From Geosiphon pyriformis uo1 (Eukaryota; Fungi; Glomeromycota): a DNA stretch of 64,000 bases. Location: positions 434,001-498,000 of the forward strand of contig JAAOMT010000675.1 of assembly GCA_016748015.1 (NCBI GenBank), read 5' to 3'. The notes beneath the pieces were generated by a model. That model ran no database searches. It was not told the origin of the DNA and saw only the letters and a list, made by a program, of their open reading frames with translations. Both the position numbers and the translations under genes were made by a program. Each line of letters opens with the position of its first letter. The stretch's first letter is position 1. This document shows, one piece after another, positions 13,270 to 26,700 of this stretch.

Positions 13270-14330
13270 TTATTCAACATATACTCAGATCTAACAGCAG
13301 AACATTTTTACAAAGAAGCAATCATAGAAAGAACCAGAAAAAAATACTATTGGCCATCAATGTATCCAGATATCATCCAATATATTTAAAATTGTGATGT
13401 TTGTTAGAGAAAAGAAGGAATAAAACCCAATGAACCATTGAGACCAATTAAAATAGGACAACTATTTAATTATATTGGAATTGACTTAGTCAGACCACTA
13501 ACAATCACTAACAGAGGCAACAGATATATTGCAATAGCCATGAACTATCTCACTAAATGGCCAAAAGCAAAAGTCATTCAAAGAGCAGATGCAGAATTCA
13601 CTGCCAAATTTATTCATCAAGATTTAATCTGTTGACATAGATGTCTAAAAGAACTATTATCAGATCAAAAAACTCACTTTGTGAATAGAACATTGGCAAA
13701 ATTAAGTCAAAAAATTGGGATAAAAAGACCATTATTATCACCATACTATCCACAAACAAATGGGTTAGTTGAAAGATTTAACAGAACATTGTGTAAAACA
13801 ATTGCCAAAATCAGCCAAAAAAACTAGGACAAATAGGATTTGTTTATACCATTAGTATTATTTGCTTACTAAACAATGAAACAAAACACTACACAAGCAA
13901 CACTATTTGAATTAGTATATGGTAAAACAGTAATATTATCAATTGAGATAGAAGTCAGCACATATTTAACTGAACCAATAACAGAAGACAATTTTCAAAG
14001 ATCATTGTTAAAAAAAACATATGACTTAATGGAGACACTAGAAAACAAATGGCAAAGAGCAGCTAATAATATCCAAAAGTCATAAGAGAAACAAAAAAAA
14101 AGACATAATAACCAATTACCAAATAAACCAGTCGAATTCAGAATTAGAAACAAAGAACTTTTATATCATACCAAAACAGAAAAACAATGGAATAGAAAAT
14201 TTGATCCCAAATAGAATGAACCATTTCACATAGAAGAAATTCTAGGAAATGGAACTTATAAATTAAGGTTAAATAACAAAATTTTAACTAAAGCAGTACA
14301 TAGAAATTGATTGAAACTATATTAAAATAT
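13270..14330 (+). pseudogene. Integrase (Zn-binding region, DDE core, C-terminal domain)
   Basis: YYWPSM..CDVC; IGIDLV; TKWPKA; SDQ; SPYYPQTNGLVERFNRTL; FELVYG. Confidence 0.9.
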
Positions 14331-15150
14331 AGCATCAGCATTTACCAGTAATATTCTACAACTGAGAGCACAGAAAAAACTAGTCCAACCAGATGAGATT
14401 CCATGAGATTTAGAACCAATCATAATTATTGAACCAAACACATAAAATTGAACAACCAAAAGAGTATATAAAAACATAATATATGTGACAAAAGCAATAA
14501 AAAGAAAATGGAAATTACCAACAATATATACACACTAACACAACAATTCTTTCAACTGATTTAACAACAAAATATGGAAATTACTATCAACCAACAAACC
14601 ATTCAATACTGAGATACCAGAAAAATATGCCAATACAAAGTACAAAAGAAATCAGAAAGCACTATTAACAAAATAATTCTAAAAGTAAAATTGGCAATAG
14701 AAGAGCCAACAAGTGTCACTCCATATTAAGAAATAACTAAAAAAACTTGGAAGTAATGGATACAACAATTTCTAAAAAACTTTTGTTATTTTCACTTGAG
14801 ACAACATCTAAATATTCACAACTTATATATGAATAAGACAAAGTGATTATTCAATCTAAAAATATTACAACAACTTGAACAATTTGTGAGAAAAAACAAT
14901 CTAACCACACAAGCACAAGCCATTTATTAATTACAAATTGGATTTCAGAACTGACCTGAAATCTTATTCAATATAGCAATGGATTCTATTACTGTTAACC
15001 AAATAGGAAAAATAATCAATGCCCAATTTAAAGAATTACAGAACAAGATAACACAAGTAATTTTTGAAAAAAAAGTTCAAGAAATACTTAAAAATAGAGA
15101 ATTAGAATTAGAAGATCTCAATGGAGCTCAATATTAAAAAGAGTGAATAA

Positions 15151-16002
15151 TGTTACTATAGAATATAAGAAGTATATTAGCATAAATTAGCCAATCAGAA
15201 GTAGCCATAATAGATGTGGAATTTCAGAATTTCTCTCAAAAAAAATTGCACGATTCCAGAAATTTCAGGATTCTTGTATAAGAAATCACAGAATTCCAGA
15301 ATTCTAGGATTTCTCTCAAAAAAATTGCAGAATTTTAAAAATTCCAAGATTTCTGGTATAAAGAATTAAGGAATCTCAATTATGTATATATAGTGATAGC
15401 ATCAGAATAAAAAAAGACAGACTTCTTAGTTTAGATTTGATCTAAGCAATCTTTCCATTTACAAACATCAATAAATAATTATTCATTATTGTAATCTATT
15501 TCCTATTATCAACACTTTATATTGATAGTAATTGATACTTAACTATACTAGAACAATAGCTCTTGATTATGACTATTAATGAGATACTAATATTTATTGC
15601 CTTGGCTTATTTTTTTACTTTCTTTTATTTTCTTTTATTTTCTGTTATTATTTCTTTTTGTTTTACTAATTGATTAAAAATTAAAAAGTGCTGAGTTATT
15701 GACATCAAGAATAGTCTGGTAAAAGACTCCAAAGGAAGAGTATAAAGTTTAATAAATTAAGAATAGCTTATTAGAAGGACATCTTTGTCAGATTACTAAC
15801 TATCACACTAAAAAAAAAATTTAACAGAATTGTAATTTTGAGAGACTACTAAAATACTATTAAATTTCTGTCTATTATACAAAAAACTCAACCAAAACCT
15901 TCAGATCATGGAAACCTTTAGAAACCAATATTATTAAATCAATTAAGCACCAAGTTACAGGTTTGTTATTTGATTTGAGACTCCAAATAATCAACTATAA
16001 CA
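15151..16002 (+). repeat. 3' LTR
   Basis: TGTTAC...ATAACA, preceded by the purine tract AAAAAGAGTGAATAA. Confidence 0.95.
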
Positions 16003-18333
16003 TTGGCTTTTAGCTTAGTTAATTCAAAATCTCAAACATATGTAATTGTGTCTTAGAGTATTTAGAAATATAATGGATATACACATTGTACAGACCATAA
16101 ATAAACTGATTCAAAATTTGTAATACTGTGAAATAATTAGTGTTAATAGCTTGAATTTAGCACAGATTTCTATAAAAACATTCTAAATAAATAGTAATTA
16201 CTTCTATGTTACCTTGTTTAATAGTAGTAAATGCCATTTCTAAGTGATTAATGCTGTTATTATTGCTAAAGTATTTCAAAAATTTGGTTTTAAATGTATA
16301 AAGATAATAAGTTTATTGATTAAACTCTAATATTATGAATTGATAATATCTTGCAAGAAGTATGAAATGGCTTGTAGAGTTCTGGCATTGTCCTAATTAT
16401 TAATAGTAATTGTTTTTACTATATTATTTAGCCATGCTTGAGCATTGTCTTCTTTGCTATTAAATTTTTCTAATTTGGTAATTGGTAGATATTTTATTAG
16501 TGCTATGATTAGTTATTATTACAGTTGTAGTTAAAGTGGTTGTTGTGACAGTTGTTTTTGGTCAGCAATTGATGCAACTGGTAGTAGATCAATTATAATT
16601 ACTGGAGGTAAGTTTTGAGAAACAATAAGAGTGGGGTTTAGATTGTTCTGATTTTGCTAAATTGGAATAATTAAAGTTTGTATTTCTGGGTTTTCTAAAA
16701 TCAGGTTTTGATATTTCAATTTTTGATTATCATATTTCTTTTCTTTTGAGTTGGTTATTTTTCAAAAATTAGCAGCTCTAAAATTGGGTTAAGATGGCAG
16801 TAATTAAAATTCTGATGGTATTAGTAATCATGATTTAAATTTTTTAAAAAAATTGCCATAAGTTCTTAATAAATTGGCTTTTTTTTGGTTGTTTTGAAAT
16901 ATTATTCTTGCTAATAGTGGTTTTGCAGTTAATGTAAATACATTTGCTAATATTATGTTAATAGTATTTTCTGGTATGTAATTGTATTACAAATAAATAG
17001 ATAAAATTATTCTGAATTTTTTCTATATAAGTGGTTGTATTTTTCTTGGTGTTTTGTTGGTGTTTGTAAATTTTTTTTTTTTGTTTATAAAGATAATAGA
17101 AAATTTTTGTCTAATATGCTTTTCAATTTTCTTGTTGATTTCTGTGATTGTTAAAGTAAACAAATAATTTTGTAGAAGTGTAGTATTTTGAAGTAATTTA
17201 TTATAGAAATTATTGAGTGTTGTTTCTGAATTTTTTTGGTCTTCTAAGTAATCCTTAATCTTTTCATTAACATAGAAGTTGAAAGTTGATTCTGCTGGAC
17301 AATGATTACTTGTTAATCTTAGGTAAGTTTGATAGTATTGGAATAAAGCTTTTGTAAATTTTAAGTGGTTTGTTCTATTTTTTCTAATTCTGCTACTGTT
17401 TTGGATGATTATTGTTGGTGCTGGTTCTCTGTTAAATTATACTTTACAAAGAGCACCAAATGTTACAAATAATTATTTCGAATATAAAAACAAATAACAA
17501 ATCTGTAACTTGATGCTTAATAGCTAGTTATATTAATAATATTTGAAGATTTTTATATCTAAAAGTTTTAAGTTAAAGTCTTTTGTATAATAAACAAAGA
17601 TTTAATGGTTGTTTCGGTATTTTTTCAGAATAATTATTTTGTCAAATTTTTTTTTTCAGCATAGTGGCTGGTTTATTTTAGTGGTTATATTTTTTTGGTA
17701 AGCTATCTTTAAATTTTTACACTCTATACTCTTATTTCTGGATCTTTTACCAATCTATTTTTGATATTAATTACTTAGTACTTAATTTTTTTAATCAGTT
17801 AGTAAATCAACAAACAACAAAAAAAAATAAAAAAAAAATAAAAAAATAAGAAAAAAAAATAAGGTTTAGTATTTTGTTAATAGCTATAATCAAGAGTTAT
17901 TGTTTTAGTATAGTTAAGTATTGGATATTATTAACATAAAGTATTAATAACAAATAAATGGTAAAAATTTTTAATTAAATAACAATAACATAAATTGGAT
18001 AATAATAAGTATATTTATTAAATATTTTGGTAAATTCACTTCAGTTGATATTAACTATCTGTAAAGTAAAGATTAATTAATAGATAAAAAAAGAAATACT
18101 AAATTGAAACTAAGCTGAATACTTTTTTTGTTTCTAATACTACTGCTTTATATACATAGTTGGTATTATATGAAATTCTTGAAATCTTGCAATTTTTTTA
18201 AAAGAATCTTGGTATTCTGAGATTCTGAAATTCTGCAATTTTTTTAGAAAAATCTTAGAATTCTTCTATTAGTATGCTTACTTTTGATTGGCTATTCTTT
18301 TAACTATAATATTTTTAATTTTTATGAGTAATA
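16003..18333 (-). mobile_element. Decayed Gypsy host copy, upstream part (5' LTR 17461-18333, PBS, gag N-terminus)
   Basis: Reverse complement of 17461-18333 resembles the LTRs above. The gag frame ...DFELTKLKAN continues across the insertion into YIQTINLVING at 6148. Confidence 0.85.
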
Positions 18334-19299
18334 ATACTTATCATATTATAAGTATAAGTAAAAAAAAAGATATATTTTATAATAAAGATAGTACTTATTT
18401 TTAATTTTTGTCTATCCAAAACATAGAGTTCTATAAATCTATTTTTAATTATATTGGCACAAACAGATTAAGAAATAGGATTTAAATATTGGAATATTTT
18501 GATTAATTTAGGGTCTTTTATTATAAAAATAGGTTACTAATAGTTGGTAAGCTAAATATTAATTATGTTATAAAGTTTTTTATTATTAATGTTAATAGCA
18601 ATTACTACAGAAAACTAAAGCAGTTTGTTAGTTAAATTGGTTAAAAATTATAAAAAAAATAACAATCTTATTTATTAAAATATTTTTTTAATTGACTTGT
18701 AATCTTTTTGAATATTTTGCTTTTTCTTATAATATTCTTCCATTGTAACATATACTATCTAGTAAAAAGTCTCTAAATAATACCATAAAAGTTTAATAGT
18801 GTCTATAATTCTATAAGAAAATGGTTTATGTATACATTTTAAGACAATATATTTAGCTGTTTTTTTTTTGTCTACTTAACCTTATTAAAATAGTCTTATA
18901 TTTTATTTTAAAAATTATGTTTATCAAATATATTAATATTTAGACTATTTGAATTATTAAATTCTATTATTGCTAACAATAAATTCATTTTGATAAGTTA
19001 AAAAGTAGAGTTGTTATACATATATAGTTTTATATATTTTTTTAACTAATTATAGTAATTAAATAAAGTAATAATTAATAAACAAGTAGTTTAAGTTATA
19101 TTTTTTTTAATTTCGTCAAACTTAAACAAGTTTGTAAACTTTGAACCAGATTTGAACTAAACATAAATTTGTCAAAAAAATTTAATACTAAACTTGAACT
19201 AAATCTACTTTAAAAAATTGGTTTAGTTCAAATTTAGTTTGTAATTTAAACTAAACTTGAACAACATTCAAAGTTTAGTTCAGTTTAATTTAATTGGAA

Positions 19300-19850
19300 T
19301 CTTAGATGCCAAAATAGAACAAATAAATATTAAACTAATATTTAATAGTAGATTAGTAAACAGCATAATTACAAAACAATTTATAAATCAATTAAGTTAT
19401 CAAATAAATTATATAATTATTTTTAAAATAATTATTACAGATAAAAATACCAAAACACTAATAAAAAAAATTGATTATTTTTTCTTTAAAATCAATAAAA
19501 TTAAAATTTTAACTAAAATACTTATTATAAAAACTATTTAATATTAAGTTTTTATAAAAAATAATTAGTTGACTAAAGCTTATACTATATTTCACTAGAA
19601 TACTCAAGAATTTTAAATCATTTTTAATGAATAATATGCTAAAATACTTACTATGTGTAGACATTTTAAAACAGCAGTCTTAGAATAATCTCTAATTAAA
19701 TTTAAAAAATCTATTTTTTAGCCAATCTTAAAAACTTATTAAGTTTTTTGGACTGATAATTTTATAATAAAGCTATTACTACCTTACACATAAGAAAAAA
19801 AAGACAAAAAAAAGGCTGATAAAAAATTATAGACATTAATATTAATCTAT
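19300..19850 (+). pseudogene. Highly eroded Gypsy protease fragment
   Basis: DAKIEQINIKLIFNSRLVNSIITKQF..TDKNTKTLIKKIDYFFFKIN aligns by eye with the protease at 9310-9560, with G/C replaced by A/T. Confidence 0.7.
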
Positions 19851-22199
19851 TTAATTCTAAATTAAAGAAATTAATTATATTAAAAATTTTTTGTCTCTTT
19901 TTTTGAATGTTATTGTTGTTGTTTTACTGTTAATTTCTGATTATTAGAAGCTGTTAAATCTTTAATAACTGAATTTATTTTCAAATTATCTCTTATAATT
20001 TAAACTATTAGACTTATAAGTAGAATAACCAATTCTGTATCAGTTATTTATATAGTTACTTTACAATAAAAGTTAACTCTTTTTTAGGAAATGTTTGTTT
20101 GAAAGTTTACTAAAATGGGTAGTTACTTTGCTGTGAAAGTCAACTTTTTTATAGAAATTTTATTTATAAGCTACCATAATATATATAATAAAAAAGAAAA
20201 AAAATATAAAAAAAAAAATTTTGTTAAAAGAATTGTCTTCTGTTTTAGGCCTAAAATTACTAATAAATTACGAAATTAGTAGGTAATTAATTTCAAAATA
20301 TTAATTGAAATTCGGAAAATTTTAAAAAAATAATTATAAATTTTGTTGTTTTTTAATATAATTTTTATTAGAGTAATTTGTATAAATTCTAAAAAAAATA
20401 TTTCTAGCAATAATAATTCTAACTAAGATATATTTTGTTGAAAAAAAAGCTCTTTTTTTATACAATTTATTGTAGTATTATTCTATAAACCTGGATTTTT
20501 TTTTGCTATTATTTTGTTAAACTAAAAATATATTTTGACAAACTACAAGTTATTTTTATGAATTGTTAAGTATTTTAATAAACTATTAATTATTTCAGCA
20601 AATTTTTACAAATTTGGCAAATTCTTAAATATTATATAGTTTAAAATATTATGTAATTTATTTATTACAATTTATGTATTTGTATAAATTAGATTATTAA
20701 TTGAATATTAATTTAGAATATTTGATAAGATAATAAGTAATAAATTAAATTAAAAATATATACTAATTAATAATAAAAATTATAAGAATAATTTATGTTA
20801 ATTAATATCTCAAATTTTTATTAATTACAACATATTATATAAAGTGGCTTAATATTATATAATAAATATTTGAAAAAGAAATAAATATTTTATTATATAC
20901 TAAAATAACATAATTAAAAAGTTTTAATAATAATGACAAAATTAACACATTTTTTCTAACCAGTTAATTTTTTATATTTAATTTTAGTAGCTTTTTTTAT
21001 AGTACTATTGTTAAGTATTCTTAAATAAATCAAAGTTTTGCTCTTAATATTTATAATATATTCCAAATTTATAATTTTATGAAAATTTATTATTTTATTA
21101 AATGTACAAAAATTTTTATATACAAATATTATCAATTTGATTTTTTTATTTCAAAAAAATTTAAGTAATAATATTTAATAAATCTTATTATTTGTTGTTT
21201 TAAAAATCTAATAATTGTAATTTTATTTATTTTGATCAAAAGTAATAATATATATTCCTTTTTTTTTATTTTTAGCTATTAACCAAAATTGATTTATAAA
21301 CTTTTATTCTTTTTTTTTATAATCATAAAATAAAATATTTTTATTTTTGTTATTAAGTTTAATAAATTATATTGGTATATTGGCATTTTTTTATTTATAC
21401 AAAATTTAAATAAAAAAAAACTTTTAATAATATTTAAATCTAATATTAAGAAAAATTATTTTAAAAAAAAGTTTAATTATTTGGTTTTTGTTATTTTGTA
21501 TTTTATTATTACTATTATATACTAATAAGTTTTATTCTTAAGAATATATCTGTTAAATAAAATATAATAATTAGAAAATATTTGAAATTAAAACTGGTTT
21601 TTTTAAAAACTTTTTTAATAAGATTGTTTATTATATTATATTATGTAATTAAAATTATTTACACAAATACAATTGGTTTTCTGATTTATTATATTAATAC
21701 TATAATATATTATTATAAAACTGTTTTTTTAATATGTTTAATACTTAAAATTCTAATTTAAATTATGATTAATTTTTTGTAAATTTTTTGCTTTTAATTA
21801 TTTAATATTATTATTATTATAATAAAGAGTTTTTTATTAAAAATTATTAAAATAGTTTTTTTATTTTTATGTTGTATTATATATAATATACTTTAAAAAC
21901 TAATTTTAAATTTTGTTTGTTGTTTTTAAAAATTTTTTGAAATTAATTTTGTAATTGTTTAAAGTATTTTTTTAATCTAAAAATATAAAATATTAATAAA
22001 AATTAATTTTTAAATAAGTTTAATTAATAAACAATAATTTTGTTTAATAATAGTTTTATAATAAAAATTTAACTTTTAATTAAATATTTATTTTAAAATA
22101 ATTTTGGATTTTTAAATTTTAACTTAAAATTAAAAATGTTTTTTCTCAATATTAAAATTATTATATATATATATATATATTTATAACATTTATTATCTG

Positions 22200-23216
22200 A
22201 TGTAAATGAAGTATCAATTATGGAGCTATCTTGGAAAGATCTTTTAACCAGTCAGGTGATTAGTGATGAATCCGAATTTGTAAGAAAACTACCAGAAAAT
22301 TTAAAAAAAAGATTTATGGTTAAGAATTATATATGTTTTCGGCTATGCTTTATTAACAATTTTAATGATATATAATTTGCATTAAAAACCTATCCGTAAA
22401 ATGATACTTACATCTATGTCAATGGTTCAAGAAATGTATAGAGAATTTGTACTAGGTTTTAAAAAGCATGAAATTAAGATAAAACTAGCTAAATTAATAC
22501 ATGATGAGACTTGGAAAGAATCGAAAAAAGATATCAAATGCATGGTTGAAGAAATTTTTAATGTTTTGAAAGATATTTGGAATAATTCAGCATTCAGCCT
22601 GGAATTTGCAAAAACTTTAAATGAAAGGATGTATTAATCAACTGTTATAGTATTTGTCATCTGAGTGTCATTGAAAAATCTTTCTTTTGGAGACTTTTTT
22701 TTTATTAGTACATCAGAAAAGCAAAGTATTACAAGTATTGATAAAAAGGGAGAAGATTACATGAGAAGACATTCAGATATTATGCTTAAAGTCAAATATT
22801 TGGAGACAGTTTTTGAATTTATGTATGTAGAATGCTCTCGATTAATTTGTACTTCACAAAAAAAAACTGATAATAAAATTAAGTTATGGCGAGAGACTAA
22901 TAATGAACTATATTGGATATGCCAAAGTCTTAAACCAAATAAAGATCAGTTTGGTGTTGTAAATATACAAGTAGCAGATAATGTATTGTATTTGAATTTT
23001 TTTTTATGAGATATGGTTAATATACACTGATATTTCTATTTACAATTTGCTGAGATTTTTGTACAATTTTCAGAAGAAGCTGTTGTAACTAAATTTATAG
23101 AAACTTTGTTACTTTTATATAATATAGTAATTACTAATTTATTCCTATTGTATCATGTATTTGTTTCCTTATTGAAAACACAAATGGAAGGAAGTACAAC
23201 AGTTTCTACTCCATAA
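22200..23216 (+). pseudogene. Decayed hypothetical gene, possible PD-(D/E)xK (REase-like) fold
   Basis: Consecutive in-frame ORFs separated by stops; RRHSDIMLKV..FMYVECSRL..KK..KLWRE pattern recalls Glomeromycotina REase-like families. Confidence 0.45.
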
Positions 23217-23769
23217 CATTATTAGATTTTGTTATATTTATTTTATTTTATATGTATTTTATTTTTATATTAATAAACATGGTTTTGAAGATCATTTTTT
23301 AAACAATCATTGTATGTTATTTACCAGATATATAATATGATTTCTATGCTTTTTTTTAACATGAAAGTAAATACTATTTTTTTTTTATATAACAAGATCA
23401 TTTATGTAAATAAGTAAAATTTAGCTTTAAGAATAAAATCCTAATAGCTTATTGAAAAACATTATTTTGTCTTTTTTTTCCAATTAATAATATATCATAA
23501 ATCTTTTTTTATTTTTTATATAAGTATGTTATAAGAAAACTATTATGTAGTGCTTACTATAATAAAAAATGTAGACTTAATAAAAAACAAAATCAATATT
23601 ATTGATAAAACAAAATAAACATATATCTATATTACTATTTTTTTTTTTTTATTGTTTAATGAGTGAAATCCAAACATTACCTAGTATAATACATTATAAG
23701 AGATTTAAACTAGGCATGAATCATGCATTTTTTACATGTAACTAGCCATTCAGGCCAATCAGAACTACA

Positions 23770-26700
23770 CTAAGCATCTATAATAACTGATACAGAATCC
23801 CCAATACCTGAAAAAAATAAACAAGATGCATGAAAACCAAAGCTAATGTTAAAATTCTCTGCAATACCCAACATCTTTATCACCCCTGCAAAGAATAATG
23901 AAGAAAGACCATGCACTAGGCCAGGAACAGAGCCATCTTTAGGAATCAGACTATGCTTCTCTATTAAAACATGGTGACTCGCACGAACCAGCCAAACCTC
24001 ATCCCTAAAAGCAAGACAAAAATTTTGCACAAATTCTACTACCCTTTGACAAGCAATCTTTGAGTCCCTGAAAACCAAAACCACTTCCTAAAAACAAAGT
24101 TTGAACATAAAGTCCTTACAAAATGCCAAACACAACAAAGTGTTAGAAACACAAGAGAGCATAAGCTGCATAAGTTGTAATGATGACCAGGGTAAACTGG
24201 AGAGTGTTTCCCAAATAGCCACATGCGTGTTCAACAGCTGGGTATGGATAGCAGTATCAGAACCACAAAAGAAAACATGATCGGAAACTTTGACTTCACC
24301 ACAATACAAACATAAAATACTGGGATAAGATTTACTATAAAAATGCTTGTGGACAGTAATAGGCAGTTGATAATATAAAGCCTTAATGAAATAAGTACGA
24401 GCACCAACAGAACATTTATCAGTGGAACCAGCGGCCATATGCATATCAGGATGCCACATGAGAGAAAACCTACACCAGTCCACATTGTCATGCAAACTTG
24501 TGACCAAGACCCTAAAACCTGAACCAATCTTCCATTGAGCACAATGAACACAATGGAAAATATCACAAACAAAATGTCTAGAATTCTCAGAAACAGCCAC
24601 ACCACCTACCAAAATATAGCATGCATTCACACGCAAAGGAAGAGAATGTTCAGACATAGTAGCAGCCATAGTAAGAGCATTCGCATGTTCATTACCCACA
24701 ACACCAGAATGTCCTTTGACTTTAAACCAACAGATATTCAGATTTTTATTATGAATTAAGTCATAAATGTGACAGTGTTCTAACCAGCATCGATTTCGAA
24801 AGTCTGGAACCACCAGATCCAGCTCAGATTTGCATGCATCCAAAGCTGCCTGACTGTCAAAAAACAAATGAACAGAACTAAAAGGAAAAACACACTCAAG
24901 AGCCAAAGCAATAGCCTGCAACTCCACCATAGTAAAAGACACCAAACCAGAGACCTCAACACCCAAACCCAAATCAACACCATTAAAAAAAACAGCAGTA
25001 CTAGCCTACATGCCAACAGTACCCAAACCAGCCAAAGAACTATCAGTATAAACTGAAATACTATCAGTACCAATACCAAGCAGACAATTATGAATTGTAG
25101 CAAAATCAATCAAATTCAGGACATTTTGAGAGGCAACCCTACCAACAGCAGAAGATGTAATGGAAACAAAAGCCACTATGTTGATAAAAAAAACTGAAAG
25201 ATCAAACCAGACAGGAACTGGCCCACATGGGTCCAACCACTTCCAACATTTAAAAATTGCCCAAGTAAAAGCAGCCCCACTACAGTTTCAAAGTTGGTCC
25301 ACAAAAGCAACACCATAATGCCGAAGAAACGGAAAACATCTGACAAATTTAGACTCACCAAGAACAGATACCATAGGGGTTCCTTTCCAAAGACAAAAAG
25401 CATTGGCTCTAATGCCACCCAGAGAAAGATTATAATCATGAAATATATGAACCAAGCCTGCCAAAAAATTATTGGAAGCACTAACACCAATACAAGTAGA
25501 GGAACTCAAGGGATGAATTGAATGCCAACACAAAACTTGCAAGTTATGAGATCTGTGAGCAAACAAATGACCCAAAATACCAACTGAATTTGCAAAACAA
25601 ATAACAGATGTCACTTTGTGTTCAGCCTGGATTTGTTCAAAAGTATTCAAGCCATACAATAAGGGATGATACAATGCATCATTGGGAAAATCCAAAGACA
25701 GACCAGATTTTGATTTTAAACCCTTGCAAATTATAGTATCTCATTTGTTGCACATACTTGAAGGAACAAAGCTGAACTGAGTTCTGTAATTCACAATAGG
25801 GTGGAGGACTAAAGACACCAAATATGAAAATTGTTTATCAAAAATAGACTTTTTTAACACAAAATTAGCAAAAAACTTAACATCTGAGTGAGTTTTAGTA
25901 AGACTGGGTTTAGAAAGGCCCTCAGTGAACAAAAAGATATCCAAATACTGATAAAGTTCCTTCTTTTTGGCCACAGATATAGGCATCCCACTTATCAAAA
26001 GAGAGAGATTCGCAATCTGGCAGTTGATAGAAATGGCCACGGTTTTATCATTGTTAATTGAAATGTCATTAAGCCTGAAAAATTTGCTAGCAACATCTAA
26101 AATGTGTTGTGTCGCCACCTGACTACTACCAACTCAGATTGTATTATCCACAAAAGCACCAGCAGTAAGAAATGAAGTTAACCTAGCTTGAGATTCCACA
26201 TGGCCAGTCCTAGAAATGAAATAAGAATTCAACTTATACCCACATACACTCTTCTGTCTCTTAACTTCACACAGAAGAGGATTATAAAATATCTACCAAA
26301 AGAGAGGTAAGAAAACCTCCTCTTAATCCAAGCTATCATGCACATAATAACCACTTGTTAATCCAAAATTGGTCATAACCTGGTTGGTGTGACCACCATG
26401 AATACCCCCAAAAAATCAAATAAACTTGCTACATATTTTGATCCTAACCAGACTATTTTTGAAATGTTCCTAACCAACAGAATTGTAAGTCTTTCACATG
26501 TCCTGCAAAACCAGCCAAAGCTCCCAGTTTTTTTTTATAGTGTCCTCGATCACTGAACCAACTGCAAAAATAGGGGACTGAGTCATAGTACCCTTTAAAA
26601 CTGAAAAATTGTCATTATAAAGAACGTCGTACTTGTTGCATGCCAATAAAATCCTGTCAGAAAAAATTTTGGAGAGAATCTTGCAAGCTGTTTCAATCAG

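Larger units (their letters stand above)
6149..16002 (+). mobile_element. Full-length, inactivated Ty3/Gypsy LTR retrotransposon (gag-CCHC-PR-dUTPase-RT-RNaseH-IN)
   Basis: Two ~840-850 bp LTRs, PBS at 6989, PPT at 15136-15150, 4-bp TSD TTAG/TTGG. Zinc knuckle near 8680, LILDS near 9345, dUTPase 10817-11200, YLDD at 12236-12247, integrase core 13438-13950. Many stop codons. Confidence 0.95.

Noticed and set aside
19880-20260. Possible decayed ORF on the minus strand with a duplicated ~30-nt motif
   Set aside because: Too eroded to assign to any family.
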